The translations under genes were made by a program, and so were the position numbers. From NCBI GenBank assembly GCA_051047955.1, contig JBPGPT010000030.1, positions 175,360-195,359 of the forward strand: a stretch of DNA of 20,000 nucleotides, read 5' to 3'. Below the pieces are notes generated by a model. The model was not told where the DNA came from, searched no databases, and saw only the letters and a list, made by a program, of their open reading frames with translations. Origin of the DNA: Cystobasidiomycetes sp. EMM_F5 (Eukaryota). Each line of letters begins with the position of its first letter. The first letter of the stretch is position 1. Positions 1-13,500 of the stretch are shown here, piece by piece.

Positions 1-662
1 ACTTCGCCCTGTTAGACTGGAGTACAGTCGACCGTGGGCTGTTTCCTCACGGCGTTAGACACAAGTCAGGCAGATGCGATGCGCATCTCACCAGCTGCTT
101 GAGCCCGACTCAATTGTAAAGCGGGCTGACTGTCGAAGAATTTGTTGTATCTTCCGCCAGGCGGAGGTGTGCAGAACCCCTCGGGCCGCAACCCAGCATC
201 AGGAAGATCTGCCCACTATGCAAAAAAGCCGCTCAGCGTTGCACAAAATGCAGCACAGACTAGGAGAGGGCCAGTCAAACTAACCAGTATCGCGCAAGAT
301 TGGCAGCCCAGGACGACTCGGTCGTTCATGTAGGTTACGCTCAGGATATCGCCAACCAACTCCGGCGGGGGCAGGACAGCCCAGAGGAGCTGTAGACGTC
401 TCGAATCCCATATCCGCACGGTTGAGTCAGCGGACGCGCTTATCAGCCATTTCCGCTTTGGCAGCTCGACGCCGCATAGACTGAGGATGCTGCCAGCGTG
501 GCCGACGAGGTCGCACTTTGTGCGCAGGGTACTTGCATCGATACAGCGGATGATTCCAGATCCCAGGCCTGCAAAGATGTAGTCCCCTACTTGGGCTATG
601 CACAGTACACTGCTCTCGGGGAGGGTGACGGTCGACACGAGCTGCGGCTTGTCTAGAGGCAT
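1..662 (-). CDS. DUG2: Dug2-like WD40-repeat protein (glutathione degradosome di/tripeptidase family), 5' part; runs off the window
   Basis: Probable ATG at 662 (MPLDKPQ...); an in-frame ATG also exists near 736. WD40 repeats SVLCIAQVGDYIFAGLGSG / GHAGSILSL...LISASADSTVRIWD / VGDILSVTY...VVLGCQ. Intron 284-216 (GTTAGT...CATAG) restores AIL|WADL...RYNKFFDS, resembling the Dug2 N-terminal 'GD(I/L)FS...SIQW.DL...KFFDS' pattern as I recall it. The M20 peptidase domain would lie outside the window. Confidence 0.7.
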
Positions 663-883
663 GGCTGGGTCAGCAAAGCAGTCAGCGCCTGCATCCTTGA
701 ACGCACTCTCAGCATCCAGCGCGCCCAGACCCGTCATACATGGATTGATTTTTGCCGACAAGGCGCAAGCGAGGTCATGGCGCGCGACTGGATGCGGAGA
801 CGACGGTTCAGAACTGACTCGCACTAAGTCTAACAGCACAACAACCCATGATGCCTCTACTACTGACTCGTCACTTTGCCCAC

Positions 884-3800
884 TCAATTGTCTGACCTGC
901 GTTCATCTTCATCGTCTCCCATCTCTCGTATCGTTTCGTCTGCGTCAATCAGGTCGACGTACTGTAAGGAGAGTAAAGGAACTCAGCCATCTGACAGCGC
1001 CGCGCTGTCGAGTGGATGTACTCACTGCTTTGATCTGCTTGGCTGCATCTCTGTACAATGCCGTGATCAGCTGCATTTTCTGGTCGCTTGCTCACTTGTA
1101 CTCACTCGTTCGTTGTAACTGGCCTATCTATGAACGGCAGACCGAAGTAATCCATAACAGTACGCGCTGAGGCTTTCACAATCGGGGCTTTGTCTCCTGC
1201 AGCACTTTTCTTGCCGGGAGCATGCTTGGCCAGCTTTCTGCAGTGTGGGGACACAGTGTTCAGTCGTGCGGAGGGCCTGATTGTCATTCGCTAGCCTTAC
1301 TGATCAGTGATGCCATATAGCTGTCGTAGATGCGCTCGCAGACACAGCGAAAAGGATAAGACTACGCTGCTCTTGGCGAGGTCGCGGATATCATTCTCCT
1401 GTTCATCTGGTTCTTGCAGCCTATGGTACTGAGCTCGAAGCTTAATAGCCATCATGCAGATGTTGTACAGGCACAAAGCTTACTAGACTCATACCAGCAA
1501 CTGACAGCAGACTTGTGCACTCTTTGACGACAAAGAAGATTTCCTCTTGCGATTTGTACTCGAAAGCGGACAAATTCTCGGCCGTGAATCGCGCAAAAGC
1601 GACTTTAGCCTGGATTGCGCTGTAAGCAATAGCCTTCGCATAGATGAACCTCCATCATTCACCTGTTCACAATGCTTCTTGTCTGCAATTTCAATGTGTA
1701 GACCCCGCATAAATGCTTTCAGGAAATCTAGCCTCCACTGTCGTTTCTCCTTCATTAGAGTATACCAAAGAGTGAGTTTGGCAATAGGTGGGTCTCCATG
1801 GCACCCTGTTGAGGTAGGTCAGCAAGACACATCGCGCAAGGTCACTGCACGGCGCACCGCAGACGTTTGCCTCTTCTTGATTCCGATACTGATATTGAAA
1901 TGCTGCTTGTACGGATTCTGCGATCCTTGTATTTACCAGGGTCGAGTGTTTGCTATGCAGGGACGAATGAAGCGCAAACGCCTTCTTGTATACGGCAGAG
2001 TTTGGGCTCGTCTCCAGTGCCACAAGAGCCGGTAAGCATTGCATTGGGTGCGCCAGGCCTTGTTTGACCGTATATGCTATAGCATCCAGAGCAGGCCCCA
2101 ACAGTGCTCCGGTGGATTCTGAAATCAGAGCCGCATCGATGATGCTGTCTAGGTATCGCTGTATGACCGCGGATCCAACACTGTGAGAGTCGCTCAGGCT
2201 TCTGCAGGCTAGAAGGGTGCAAGTAAACCGAGTCAGGCCGGGAACTTACCCAGAATCTGCGAAATTCTCAGTATTGCCAATCAACTGCCTCATGTCAACG
2301 TCGGCCGCTGCAATTGCAAGAAGTGACAAATCAGCGCAGATAAGTAGAGACAAAGGTAGTAAGGCCAACCGCTTTCTTCTTGCTGAGAGTCATCGGAGGA
2401 TTGTGATACTAGAAAGTCACAGATGGTACGTAGCAGTACAACTTTGGCTTCCGAGCTGTTACTTGCGAATATCTTGTCCATAATTTGGCAGGAATCGGAA
2501 TGTAGCATCAACATTGGACTCGTGCGGTAAAGGAATCCTGCAAGACAGCTTAGGATTGCGGTGCCGTCTGAAAAGGTGCTATGCGTACCGAGACATTGAA
2601 GAGCAGTACCATGCAAAGGATGACCAGCAGTCATACGATACACTTTGATCATTTGCTCAAAGACTTGCAGCTGTATAGAATCCTGAGATTCATATGGAGT
2701 CAGGCGCCTTACTTCCCGCCTTTCAAGTATACTGCAAGCCTTGCCTGGCTGATGGCATCAATATGCAACCGCGCGTCTGGAGAAGTCTGGCGGAGGCGAT
2801 CGAAATCCCCGTATTGGCAGAACAAGGATACTAACTTTGCCAGTATCGGCAACGTTCGTAGCAACTGCTCTTTCTCCGCAGCATTTGGAGAATTCTTCAT
2901 ATTATGAAGGCGATCGATACCGCTCTGCAAACGCGCTGGCCGAGGAGTCTTTCAGCAAATTTTACGCGGCTGCTTTACAATTGACCCACTCTGACACGCG
3001 CGGAAAACGCTGCATAGCTTCCCATAGTCTTGCGTTTGGTGTACGACAATCGCGCAATAACACGCCACCAGATCGGGCAACGCCTGTCTCTCAAAGTCAA
3101 ATTAGCGGATGCATCTATATAATATTGACACTCACCCGCTCTCCGACGCAAGCCGGCTTGTTGATGAGAACGCGTGTCACGTTCTGAAGATCCTGGGCGA
3201 ATTTTGAGGCATGTCCAACAGCCATCCGGGGCACAACGCACGCAAAAATCTTCAGCAGATACTCAGCGATTTGCTGCTCGTCCGCCTTGTAAGGAGAAAG
3301 CATCTGAGCCAAAAATTCGGATCAATGAATTTGCTTCGCATCCACTCACGGTGGCAGCCGAACGGAGATACGGAAGCAAATGATTGGCCTTGCCGACTGT
3401 CAACATACTCGGATCCGTAGATAGGAGGATGTAAATGGTCTTGATGCAGTTGACAACATCCTACGCTCAAACTTAGCCATGATCAGCAGGTGTAAGCCTT
3501 GATGACGCACGAGTTCTGCGTTGACTTCGACATCGATCAAAGTTTCTATCAAGCAGTCTACAACTTCTGTCATGTACGCGGTGATGGCTGCCAGACTTGA
3601 CTTCCCCTTGCTGATTGCTTTCTTCCCATGGTAGCGCTCGACAATCTAACGGCAACCAATCAGCGTATACAAATCCAGTAAAAGACGTACGCATACCGCT
3701 TTAACGGCTGTTTCTAGATTTGACGGCCGTTCCCTCGAAGCGGATGCGACATTGATCAACACTGCTGCGTGAGACACAAGATCGACACGCTTCGATGCGG

Positions 3801-6800
3801 CACGGATCTCTTCGCTGTCCGATCTGCGTAGCTGGGTGGACGTGAATAAAAGCTCCTCTACAGCTCCCATGGCGAGTTCCTGGGTGTTTGGTATCAGAGA
3901 CAATTACAATTGTGGAACGATGAAGGTCTTGGCACCTTGACGCCATCGTCTTCGTCGTGGACCCGTCCGACTAGACGTGTGCATACCTCCACTTGCGACT
4001 CTTGCTGAAGTAGCGGGTATATGCTTCTCAGAAGCTTGATTACGCGCTTTCGCACGCTAAGTCCGGCGTCCTGCAGAGTGTAATATGCCTAGCTTCAGCG
4101 GGAGCTGGCCTTTTTTCAGCAGGACAACGTACTGCGATCCGCTCCAAGATTCGCGGCAAATATTGCACAGCGAGACTTGCATCATACGTAACATACCGTC
4201 CCAGCATATCTAGAGCTGCATCCCTCACTGCGGGAGAACTATCCATCAAGCGGGCTTCGACAGCTTGCCGGATGGCAGGCTGCTCTATGAGTGTCAGTGA
4301 TAGATCTTAACCAAATAAAGCCAGACATTACCGCGAGAAACATTTTCGAGTCTTGCTCCACTATGCTGCTGAGTGCCTTGAGAGCTTTCTGACGGAAAGC
4401 AATGACAGCCCCTTCGCAAGACATCAACACTGCGCGCAGCAGAGACGGCATGGCTAAAGGAAGTCCGTGTACGGGAAACAAGGGTTCTAAATCTCGTACA
4501 AGGTCTTGACGCGACAAGGTTGACCTGGGATCGATAAATCTCAGTTGAATTCCTTTCAAACATAAGTTTGCATACACAGCCTGTGGTCGGGTTTCCCATA
4601 AAGCCAGCTGGAATTGGACAACTTGCATGCCAAATTTTTGGCACGACCTTTCGTCTTCTACTATTTGCGGCAGTATTTCTGCTGCTTGCAGGAGGTCGAA
4701 GCTGTAGCGCGTAACCAGAAAATCAGCAGCCGCCTGAAGCACATTGTCAGTAACGACGATTTAGAGCGCCTAGAATGATTGTCACCTGATAGCTTGCATC
4801 GCTGGGAGCGTAGGATGCTAGGGCTCCAAAAGCTCGCTCTTCGGCTTCGTGACGTTTCTTCAGGAGCCTTCTATCCTGTTGCTTCAAAATCTTGGGTGAT
4901 CGTGTATCAGAGATCGCATGTGTATCGGGTAAATCTGTCTTACTGCACTCAACGGCAACAAGGCATTACCTTCCGGAACATTTAGCTGTGCCATCTTCTC
5001 GCTTTCTGCGATCTTGCCGTAAACTATTGCGCCGATACTACCAAGATGATCCAGGGCTGCGCTTTTAGCACTATTGCCGTCCGCAGAGATTTTCGGATCT
5101 TCGAGTATGTTGATCTTAGTCACATGAATGGTCAATATACGCTAGCGACAATTGCATGAACATGCTCACGAAGGATCGGATCGCTGCTTGCAGCAACAGT
5201 GTCGCAGCAGGCCATTGCGGCTGATCAACCACGACTATGAGGTCGCGCACGAAATGGTCCAATAGTGCTTTATACTCGGCTTCACTTGCTGTGGTGTTCT
5301 TAGGTGCTTTACTGGATCTGCTAAAAAGATACCCGATGATGGCTGCGGTGCAGCGATTCGCCGAAGTAAATGCTGCCTCGACATTCCCAGCTATTACTCG
5401 GATCTATCAAAGTCACTCAGACTGATGAACAGGGCAAGAGCGTTCCCAATACTCACAGGCTGCTTATCATCTTCACGCATGTCAACCGCAATAGCATCTT
5501 CGGCCTGCATTTCCCCGAGCTCTGTTCGTATGCGGAGGCAGATTCCGCTGGTACAGCTTTGCACTAGATGGATGAGGAGAATGGAGAGAGTCTGCACTGA
5601 TTTGCCATTGTCAAGGACAAACTCTGGTTTGCGTTTCGCCAAGTCTGGCAATTTCGTAATGTATCCAAGAATTTCCTCGATGATCCAATGACGTTGATCT
5701 GGATAGTGGGAAATAATCTGATATTCTTGTTAGTACGAGCGCTTCCAAAGTCTGACTAGCTATCGAAGCTTACAGTTCTCAGAAGGCGCATTGCCTCGGT
5801 ACGTACGATCTTCAGTTCGGCGACACCTGTCTTGGCGCCCTTGCTGTTCGTACGCAGTCCCTGTTCTACAAAGAAGGGAGAAATTGCGATATAAACGGCT
5901 TTGATCACGACTGCCTCTGCGAGGTCGTGGCGCTCCAGTAGTGTGTTCAGCAATGCGAATACGCCAGCAGACAAGTAAAGCAGACTGCCAACAGCGGTAG
6001 ACATAGCCGTGGGTGCCATCAAGGCTTCGCTATCGGTGCTCAGAGCAGGATATACAGCGGCCGGCAATTGCGACTTTATAGTATTTAGGCAGCCCACGAT
6101 GAGATCTTCAGAGTAGACCTGGTGCCAATACAGGTGAGTGTTGTTGTGGGGCGCGATGAATCGGGCATAGCTTACCTGTTTCGCGAGTCGACCTCCAGTC
6201 CAGATTGTTAAGCTGGTTTTGACGGCATGCATTGCATGTTGCAAGGTGACAAGGCCTGACTCGTACTTTTCAAGATCGCCGTCATCCAAATGGTTATCAT
6301 CGGCTGTGTTCCCTTTGCGCCTTTTTGCTGGCTTTCTCGTCTGCTTTGACATTTTGCGTGATGTGTCATCGTCGGACTCGCCTGAGTCTGAATCTTCCGA
6401 TGCCTCCTGCTCTTCGTCACTACCTTCCTCGTCATTGGACTTGCGAGCGTTCTTTCGACTTTTGGTCGTAGGCATTAAGGGCGTGATGGATCTCGAAGAT
6501 CGACGGGTTGGTTGACTATTCTCTGCTTCGGTCTTTCCCTTCTCACCTGATCGAGTGGAAGCTTTAGCGTTTTTGCCTTTACGTTTCCCCGGAGATTTGG
6601 CTGGTACATCGCTCAAGCTGGACTTAGTCATGCTAGCCGGGAAAATCTGGAGGCGCTCAGCGATGCATATGCTTCTACTCAAGATTTTCAGGATGCGTTG
6701 TAAGTACGTAGCATCCGCCCGCTCAAGTGGTGCACCAGAAGTTTCTCCTTGGTTAGGTCTCTCTGACCCACTACGTCCAAATGTCTGCTCAAACGACTTT

Positions 6801-8565
6801 CTCCCTCCGATTGAGCTAACAAGGTCGTGAACCGACTTTTCAATCTTCTTGATACTGCTCAGCATCAAGCAGCCTTTGATTTCGCCATCGGTTGTAAAAT
6901 GTTTGTACCGCTCATTGCCATCAATATCCGCTGATTGGAGATGGCTAAAGATTTCGTCTTCATCAAATATTTCTTCCAGCAAGGCGACGAGACCATCGCA
7001 TAAGCTCTGTTCTGTTTCTTGCGCTGAATGGAGACGCTTCGCTGGGGATTTTGTCATTTCACGACTAGGTTGTATAATCCTGCCAGCTTTGGCGTGGTTT
7101 GGGAGGATGCGAGCGGCAGAGGGAGAAGAACGCACAATGAGACAATCATCGCTCGTGGGTGCTGCTGCATAAGGCGTTGCATCATCGGAAGTGAGTTCGC
7201 TGAAAACGCTCCTATCCTGTTTGGTAGGTCCGTGACCTATCTTTTGGCGCTTGATACTAGTCATGACCGGTCCGTACTCGGTCATTCTACGTTTTGCGGG
7301 GATCTCGACAACGATGGTCGATTTGGGACGATATCGCTCGTTGACAAGACTCATGGGATCAGGAGATGTGCTCACGGGCGATGACTGCGCCAGCGCAGCC
7401 ATACTGTTGACCTTTCGAGGAGTAACGCTGCCAGTGGAGCTCACTTCCAGCTTGGCATGCAGGGATGATGACCGCGTATCAGTTAATGTGGCACTCTGTT
7501 GTTGCAAAAGCTGTTGCTCGGGCGACGAGCTTCGTTTCATGACAGATGAGATGTGTAAGCTGCGAGGTGTAGCTCTCGGTGGCTCCCGGGCCGAAAATTG
7601 CGAATTGCTATTGTCTTGACTTTGTGACGTGAGCCAGTCTTCGAAGAATTGACGTGTGTGGTCACGCAGAGCACGATCCTGGTCGCATTTCGGATGCGGA
7701 CGGATGACCCAGTCCGGTGATGGTGCATTTTCATTACTCTGCTTACTTGACGCCATTACCGCGCGTGTTTCTTCGAGTAAGTTACCTTTAGACGGCGGGA
7801 GTGGCAACATTGTTGGTATAGGCATTTTGCCGTTCACAAGCGAAGGCCGTGGTGATGGGTACGGGAAATTGGCAGCTGAGAGCACCTCACCGGCGACTGT
7901 ACGTAGACCCTTGTCGCGCTTTTCAAGCTTCTTCGGCCGAAGTGGCACGTACGATGTCCCCTGGTGCGCGTCACTGGTAAGTCTATATGGAAGATGGGGC
8001 CACGCTCTATATTCCTGGAGCATTCAGTCATTAAGTTACACACATACTGAGGCACACTCACATGTTTTGTGCGCTCGGCCCGCAATCGCGTACAGCTGCT
8101 TGGAAAGAGCGAGTTGCGGACTGTAGCCTCCTGGCGTCATCCGGACTCATGTTTCCGGTAGAGTCTCGCTTAATTCTCGCCAGAGCAGTCATTTCGGCAG
8201 CATACGAGTTGAAGTCTGCATCATCGTCAAATACAGGCCTTGCAGTGATTTGGGCCATGTCGGCCGACGTGGATGCAAAGCTGCTGGGCTCGAGGGCAGT
8301 TGGAGCAGTCATATGGCGAATCACTGATAGCAATCAACGACGGTTTTGCATATTTGTGTCAATGTACCTCGTCAGCCGGACCCGTAAAGTGCAGGATCCT
8401 TTCTGGCTTACGCTGAGTCGTCTGGACAAGACTGACCAGAGGGAATCCGCTGACCATCTCTGCGCAGCTTCGCTTGATGTCATGGCGGTATGCGGTCTCG
8501 TCGTCCATTTTGGCAGCCTGCTGGCCATCTTCAACGCGTCCAGGAGGTCCTTGGTCCGCCATCAT
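884..8565 (-). CDS. SCC2: Scc2/Nipped-B (NIPBL/Mis4) cohesin loader, multi-exon
   Basis: Cohesin HEAT motif DSSPAVRDAALDMLGRY followed by GLSVRKRVIKLLRSIY, and FRQKALKALSSIVEQD. C-terminal Nipped-B motif VKQGLAHPMQCLPALVALETS. A long disordered N-terminal exon sits within ORF 5756-8023. First intron 8411-8324. A 25-nt penultimate exon lies at 1050-1026. The last exon YVDLIDADETIREMGDDEDERRSDN* ends at TGA 886-884. Not every internal junction was mapped. Confidence 0.93.
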
Positions 8566-9394
8566 GGGAGAGGCTCACGCTGACCACCAGCCATAAAAAG
8601 GCGATAGTCCCAGTCACTTGAGCTTCATACTGCTACTCCGTCATATGTCATCACTCTCAGCACGCGGATATGGTTGACTGGATCTCAAATCGCGTCAAGC
8701 GGCCGAATGGGACAACTACTTCGCTGAAACCTCAGAATGTCCGACAGAGCTGCCACTACCTCAAGCGTTATGATCTGATGCCCTATCGTATCTGCGTAGA
8801 GCATCTTGCCATCCGTCTCCCTGATGTTGCAGTCCCCAGGTCGACATGTGTGAATAGAAACGCCAAAATGACGGACCACCGTTCACAGCCCACGAGCTAT
8901 CAACGTCGACACGGAAGTCGTCGCGGAAGCGAATCATGCCATCCTTCCTGTACAAGTGGTACCGCGTATCGTCTTTCGTGAAAGCGAACAATTGATCTTG
9001 ACTACTCATCTTGACAATTGAACAGATATCCAAGCTATCCCAGCCTGGCTCACACCGATCCTGTGGTGGTTGGTTTGCGGAAAGCCTTCTGTCGTCTGTG
9101 CCTTCAGACATGTGTCCTCGAAATAACGATCCCTGAATCTGACTACTGGAATGTGATCGTTATTAATGGATGGACGTGTCAAAAATTCACCCCCTGTCAT
9201 GTTGATACGGACTTCGACTGATCAAAGCAAACAAGAATAGATCACGGACCAATATTGTTTGTTTCTCCTCATCGCTGTTGCATCCTTGTCTCTCCTTGCT
9301 CCACAACGGTCTTTCAACCCACACTCATTTAAACGCTCAAATCCAACTGTCATACACTCGTTTTACATTCTCCACTACAGCTACTTGAATCACA

Positions 9395-10206
9395 ATGTCT
9401 CCCTCCTTCACTATGACGTCTTTGGCTATTGCTATTCTGGCAACGTCGGCAGTTGTCGCCGCTCCTGCGCCAGAAGTTGGCTTGGAGAATGTACAGCTTC
9501 GCCAGGCCACACGTAGTCAAATCATCGAACAGCAGAAGCGCGGAAATGAAAAGCGTGCTGGTGCTTCGCCCGTACCACAACCTAACCCATAGTAAGTGCC
9601 ACACGACCGTTGTTGGAACTCTCGTATAGTATACCTACTGACCCATCATTGCTGCATCACCAATAGCGCTGGACCGTGTGCTGGCTACGGCAACTTTGGC
9701 ATCAAAGTCATTGGCTATACCCCGTACGGATCCTACTGGGTCGGTCAAGCGGATGCCGGTAACGGCACTGCATCCCCGGTCTATGTGCAGAATGCCCCGC
9801 AGGCGACTCTGTTCACTCTGGACCCAACTTCGTGCGCTCTGTCGTCGGTCTCGGCTCCAGGCTCTCAGCAAGCTGGAACAGCCAACCAGCTCTACGATTT
9901 TACTACGACCTCGGGATATGCCCCATGGATGGCTGCTACTACCGTACCATCAAACGGCGCTCGTATCATCTGCTACCCAGGCGCAGATGGCATCAGCCTT
10001 ACATGCCACAATGGCCTTGGAATGACGTCGAGTTCTCCGTGCGTCGATGTCTCTGGCGTAAGCACTCTCCTCTCTCATGTTTGTTGTGGAGTGTCTATGC
10101 AACTAACCTCGCTTGCCATGTCATCCAGAACCTCTGGTTTGACACTACGCAGTATCAGACTGCCTGCCAGGATGTCAAGCTCGCCATGGGCGTTCCATCC
10201 GTGTAG
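9395..10206 (+). CDS. Small secreted Cys-containing protein of unknown function (221 aa), with signal peptide and Kex2-type propeptide
   Basis: Exons 9395-9591, 9667-10057, 10129-10206 (666 nt, in frame). Introns GTAAGT...CAATAG and GTAAGC...ATCCAG have branch sites. N-terminus M(SPSFTM)TSLAIAILATSAVVA-APA, dibasic sites QQKR and NEKR, and six Cys in the predicted mature part. The start could be 9413. Confidence 0.8.
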
Positions 10207-10567
10207 ACCATGCCATCTGTCCAGTCATGCATGGCTCGCTCGCACTCTCACCTATTCACCCATTCACCCGTTCTACCTCGCACCAATTCACATATTTACA
10301 CACCGTGTCATGCCATTTCAAATGTCTGAGAGCTAGTCCCCTTCGTGTTACTGTACTAGCCTATTCATTACCGAAATGCATTTGCTGTTTCCAGATGACC
10401 TTGTTGGCCGTGCTGCATGTTGCCACTCTTGCCCTTGCACCAAAACTGGACGCCGGCTGGGCAGGCTGTCTGCGATTCTGCCGTGCTGAGACAACACGAA
10501 GAAGTCTGCAAGAAGTAACAAGACCCGTCGAAGGCGGTCTGCTCACTGAGGGCTGGGCAGAGGTAGC

Positions 10568-13500
10568 ATGGCAACAACTGGCCTGGAGGGCAAAGTGCAG
10601 GATGTCAGCCTGCAGGATAATACTGGAGGGGCAGTGAAGGGTCAGAATACTGCAAACAGCCATACGAACGGCGATGGAAAAGGCCCAGCAACGGTCAATG
10701 GGCACACTTCGACGGCCGCAGGTCTCATTGTTGAAGACGGTGCTTCGGAAAACGCAGCAGAGGACGCGGCGGAGGAACTACCAGTGCATGCATGCAGGTA
10801 AGCTGAAGAGGTATCGAGCCGTATCTTGGTACAAGCTTGTTGCGCTCTTCAATACAGGCATTGCCAGACACAAAGCTAAACTTCAATTCACCTTTGAAAT
10901 CCTACAGCTACTGCGGTATCCACAGTCCAGCAAGCGTAGTCCGCTGTCTCATATGCGACAAGTGGTTTTGCAACTCTCGCGGATCAACCTCCGGTTCCCA
11001 TATCGTCAACCACCTGGTCCGAGCCAAGCACAAAGAGGTCACTTTACACGCCGATTCACCCCTAGGCGAGACCACGCCAGAGTGTTACAACTGCGGAGCA
11101 AAGAATGTCTTCATTCTCGGCTTCATTCCCGCCAAAAGCGAGACCGTTGTCGTCCTCCTATGCCGGTATGCATCGGTGCGATTACCTAGACTGCGCACAT
11201 GCTGACCGCATATCGACTCAGACAACCATGCGCTGCCATGCAAAACTCCAAAGACATCGCTTGGGATGTCTCGCAATGGTCGCCGCTCATTGAAGACCGA
11301 CAGTTTCTGTCTTGGCTGGTCAAAGTGCCGACCGAACAGGAACAATTGCGCGCACGGCAAATTACCTTTCAGCAGATAAACAAGCTGGAAGAAGTGTGGA
11401 AGGACAATGCAAAAGCTACATTGGAGGATCTCGAAAAGCCAGGAGTCGATGACGAGCCTCAGCCTGTTCTTCTGAAATATGAAGATGCCTATCAATACCA
11501 AAACATCTTTGGACCGCTTGTCAAGATCGAAGCCGACTATGACAAGAAGTTGAAGGAGTCTCAGACCCAGGAAAACATCCAAGTCAGATGGGATATGGGT
11601 CTGAATCAGAAGCGCGTAGCATGGTTCAGCCTGCCGAAGCTGGAAGCTGGAGAGGTCAGGCTTGCTGTCGGAGACGAGCTGCGGTTGAAGTACTACGGAG
11701 AACTTCACAAACCATGGGAAGGGGTCGGTCATGTCATAAAGGTCCCGAATAGTAAGCACCACATGTCTGCCCAAAGACCACACAGCTGACAATTAAGCTT
11801 TGGGCAGATGTTTCTGACGAGATAGCGTTGGAACTGCGCAGAAACGACGGTGTGCCGCACGATTGCACGCTCAACTTCTCCGCCGACTTTGTGTGGAAAT
11901 CGACATCCTTTGATCGTATGCAATTGGCCATGAAGACTTTTGCAGTTGACGAGCAGAGTGTCTCAGGGTACATATACCACAAATTCATGGGTCACGATGC
12001 TGCTCCGCCCCAAGTGCTACGGACCGTAATGCCCAAACGTATGTCAGCGCCGAATCTACCGGACTTGAATCATTCGCAAATGTATGCGGTAAAAAGTGTC
12101 CTGCAGAAACCACTCAGTCTTATTCAGGTACGCTGTTCGTAGTCTAATGCATGCTGTTGCGTCTGACGACATCTCCAAAATCAAGGGTCCCCCTGGTACA
12201 GGAAAGACTGTCACATCAGCATCCATTGTATATCATCTGGCCAAAATGAATCCTGGTCAAGTTCTCGTTACCGCGCCGTCAAACGTTGCTGTCGATCAGC
12301 TCACCGAAAAGATTCATCAAACCGGTCTCAAGGTGGTCCGCGTCACCGCAAAGTCACGAGAAGCATTGGACACGTCAATCTCCTTTTTAACACTGCACGA
12401 GCAGGTCGCCAACAACGACACGCATCCAGAATTGCAGAAGCTCATTCAGCTCAAGACGGAGCAGGGCGAATTGTCCAGCTCAGACGAACGGAAATTCAAG
12501 GCTTTGACTAGAGCGTGCGAGAAGGAGATTCTTGCCAATGCCGATGTCATATGCGCAACGGCCGTAGGATGTGGTGACCCGCGATTGTCAAAGATCAAGT
12601 TCCGAACTGTATTGGTGGATGAAGCCACTCAAGCCGTAAGTCAGATCAATTCAAGGACAGCAAGCGATGCTGATATGCCTGCTGTCAGACTGAGCCGGAG
12701 TGTATGATCCCGCTTACTTTCGGCGTTAAGCAACTTGTTTTGGTAGGCGACCACTCCCAGCTTGGTCCGACAATCATGTCGAAGAAGGCAGCTCGTGCAG
12801 GTCTCAATCAATCGCTTTTCGAACGCTTAATTTTGTTGGGCAACCGGCCTATCCGGCTGCAGGTACAGTATCGAATGCACCCCTGCTTGTCTGAGTTCCC
12901 ATCAAACATGTTCTATGAAGGGACCCTGCAGAACGGCATTACTGCTCCCGAGCGCATCAGAAAGAATGTCGACTTCCCGTGGCCCCAGCCTAGTACACCC
13001 ATGTATTTCCATCAGAATTTGGGTCAAGAAGAGATCAGCTCGAGCGGTACTTCCTTCCTCAACCGGACTGAAGCAGCAAATGTGGAAAAGATTGTCACTC
13101 GCTTCTTCAAGGCTGGAGTGCTTCCATCGCAGATTGGTATCGTTACACCGTACGAAGGCCAACGTTCCTTCATCACCAATTTCATGCAGCTCAACGGTAC
13201 GCTCCGCAAAGACCTGTATAAGGAGATTGAGGTTGCGTCAGTCGATGCTTTCCAAGGTCGAGAGAAGGATTATATTATACTCTCTTGCGTCAGAAGCAAC
13301 GAGCATCAAGGAATCGGATTCTTAAATGATCCCAGGCGTCTCAACGTGGCATTGACTCGAGCTAAATATGGTCTAGTCATTCTAGGCAACCCTCGTGTTC
13401 TCAGCAAGGTGTGCATATCAGCCTGACAATCCCCGACTTCCGGTTTGCTGACATGTGCTTTTTTCTAGCATGCCCTGTGGCATCACCTACTTACCCATTA

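Noticed and set aside
598..8583. Many + strand ORFs (e.g. 598-1170, 1547-2035, 7656-8126, 8062-8583) opposite SCC2 and DUG2
   Set aside because: They are antisense shadows of real coding exons, with no recognisable motifs and mostly non-ATG starts.
11085..11792. 235-aa minus-strand ORF inside UPF1
   Set aside because: It is an antisense shadow of a long UPF1 exon with no independent evidence.
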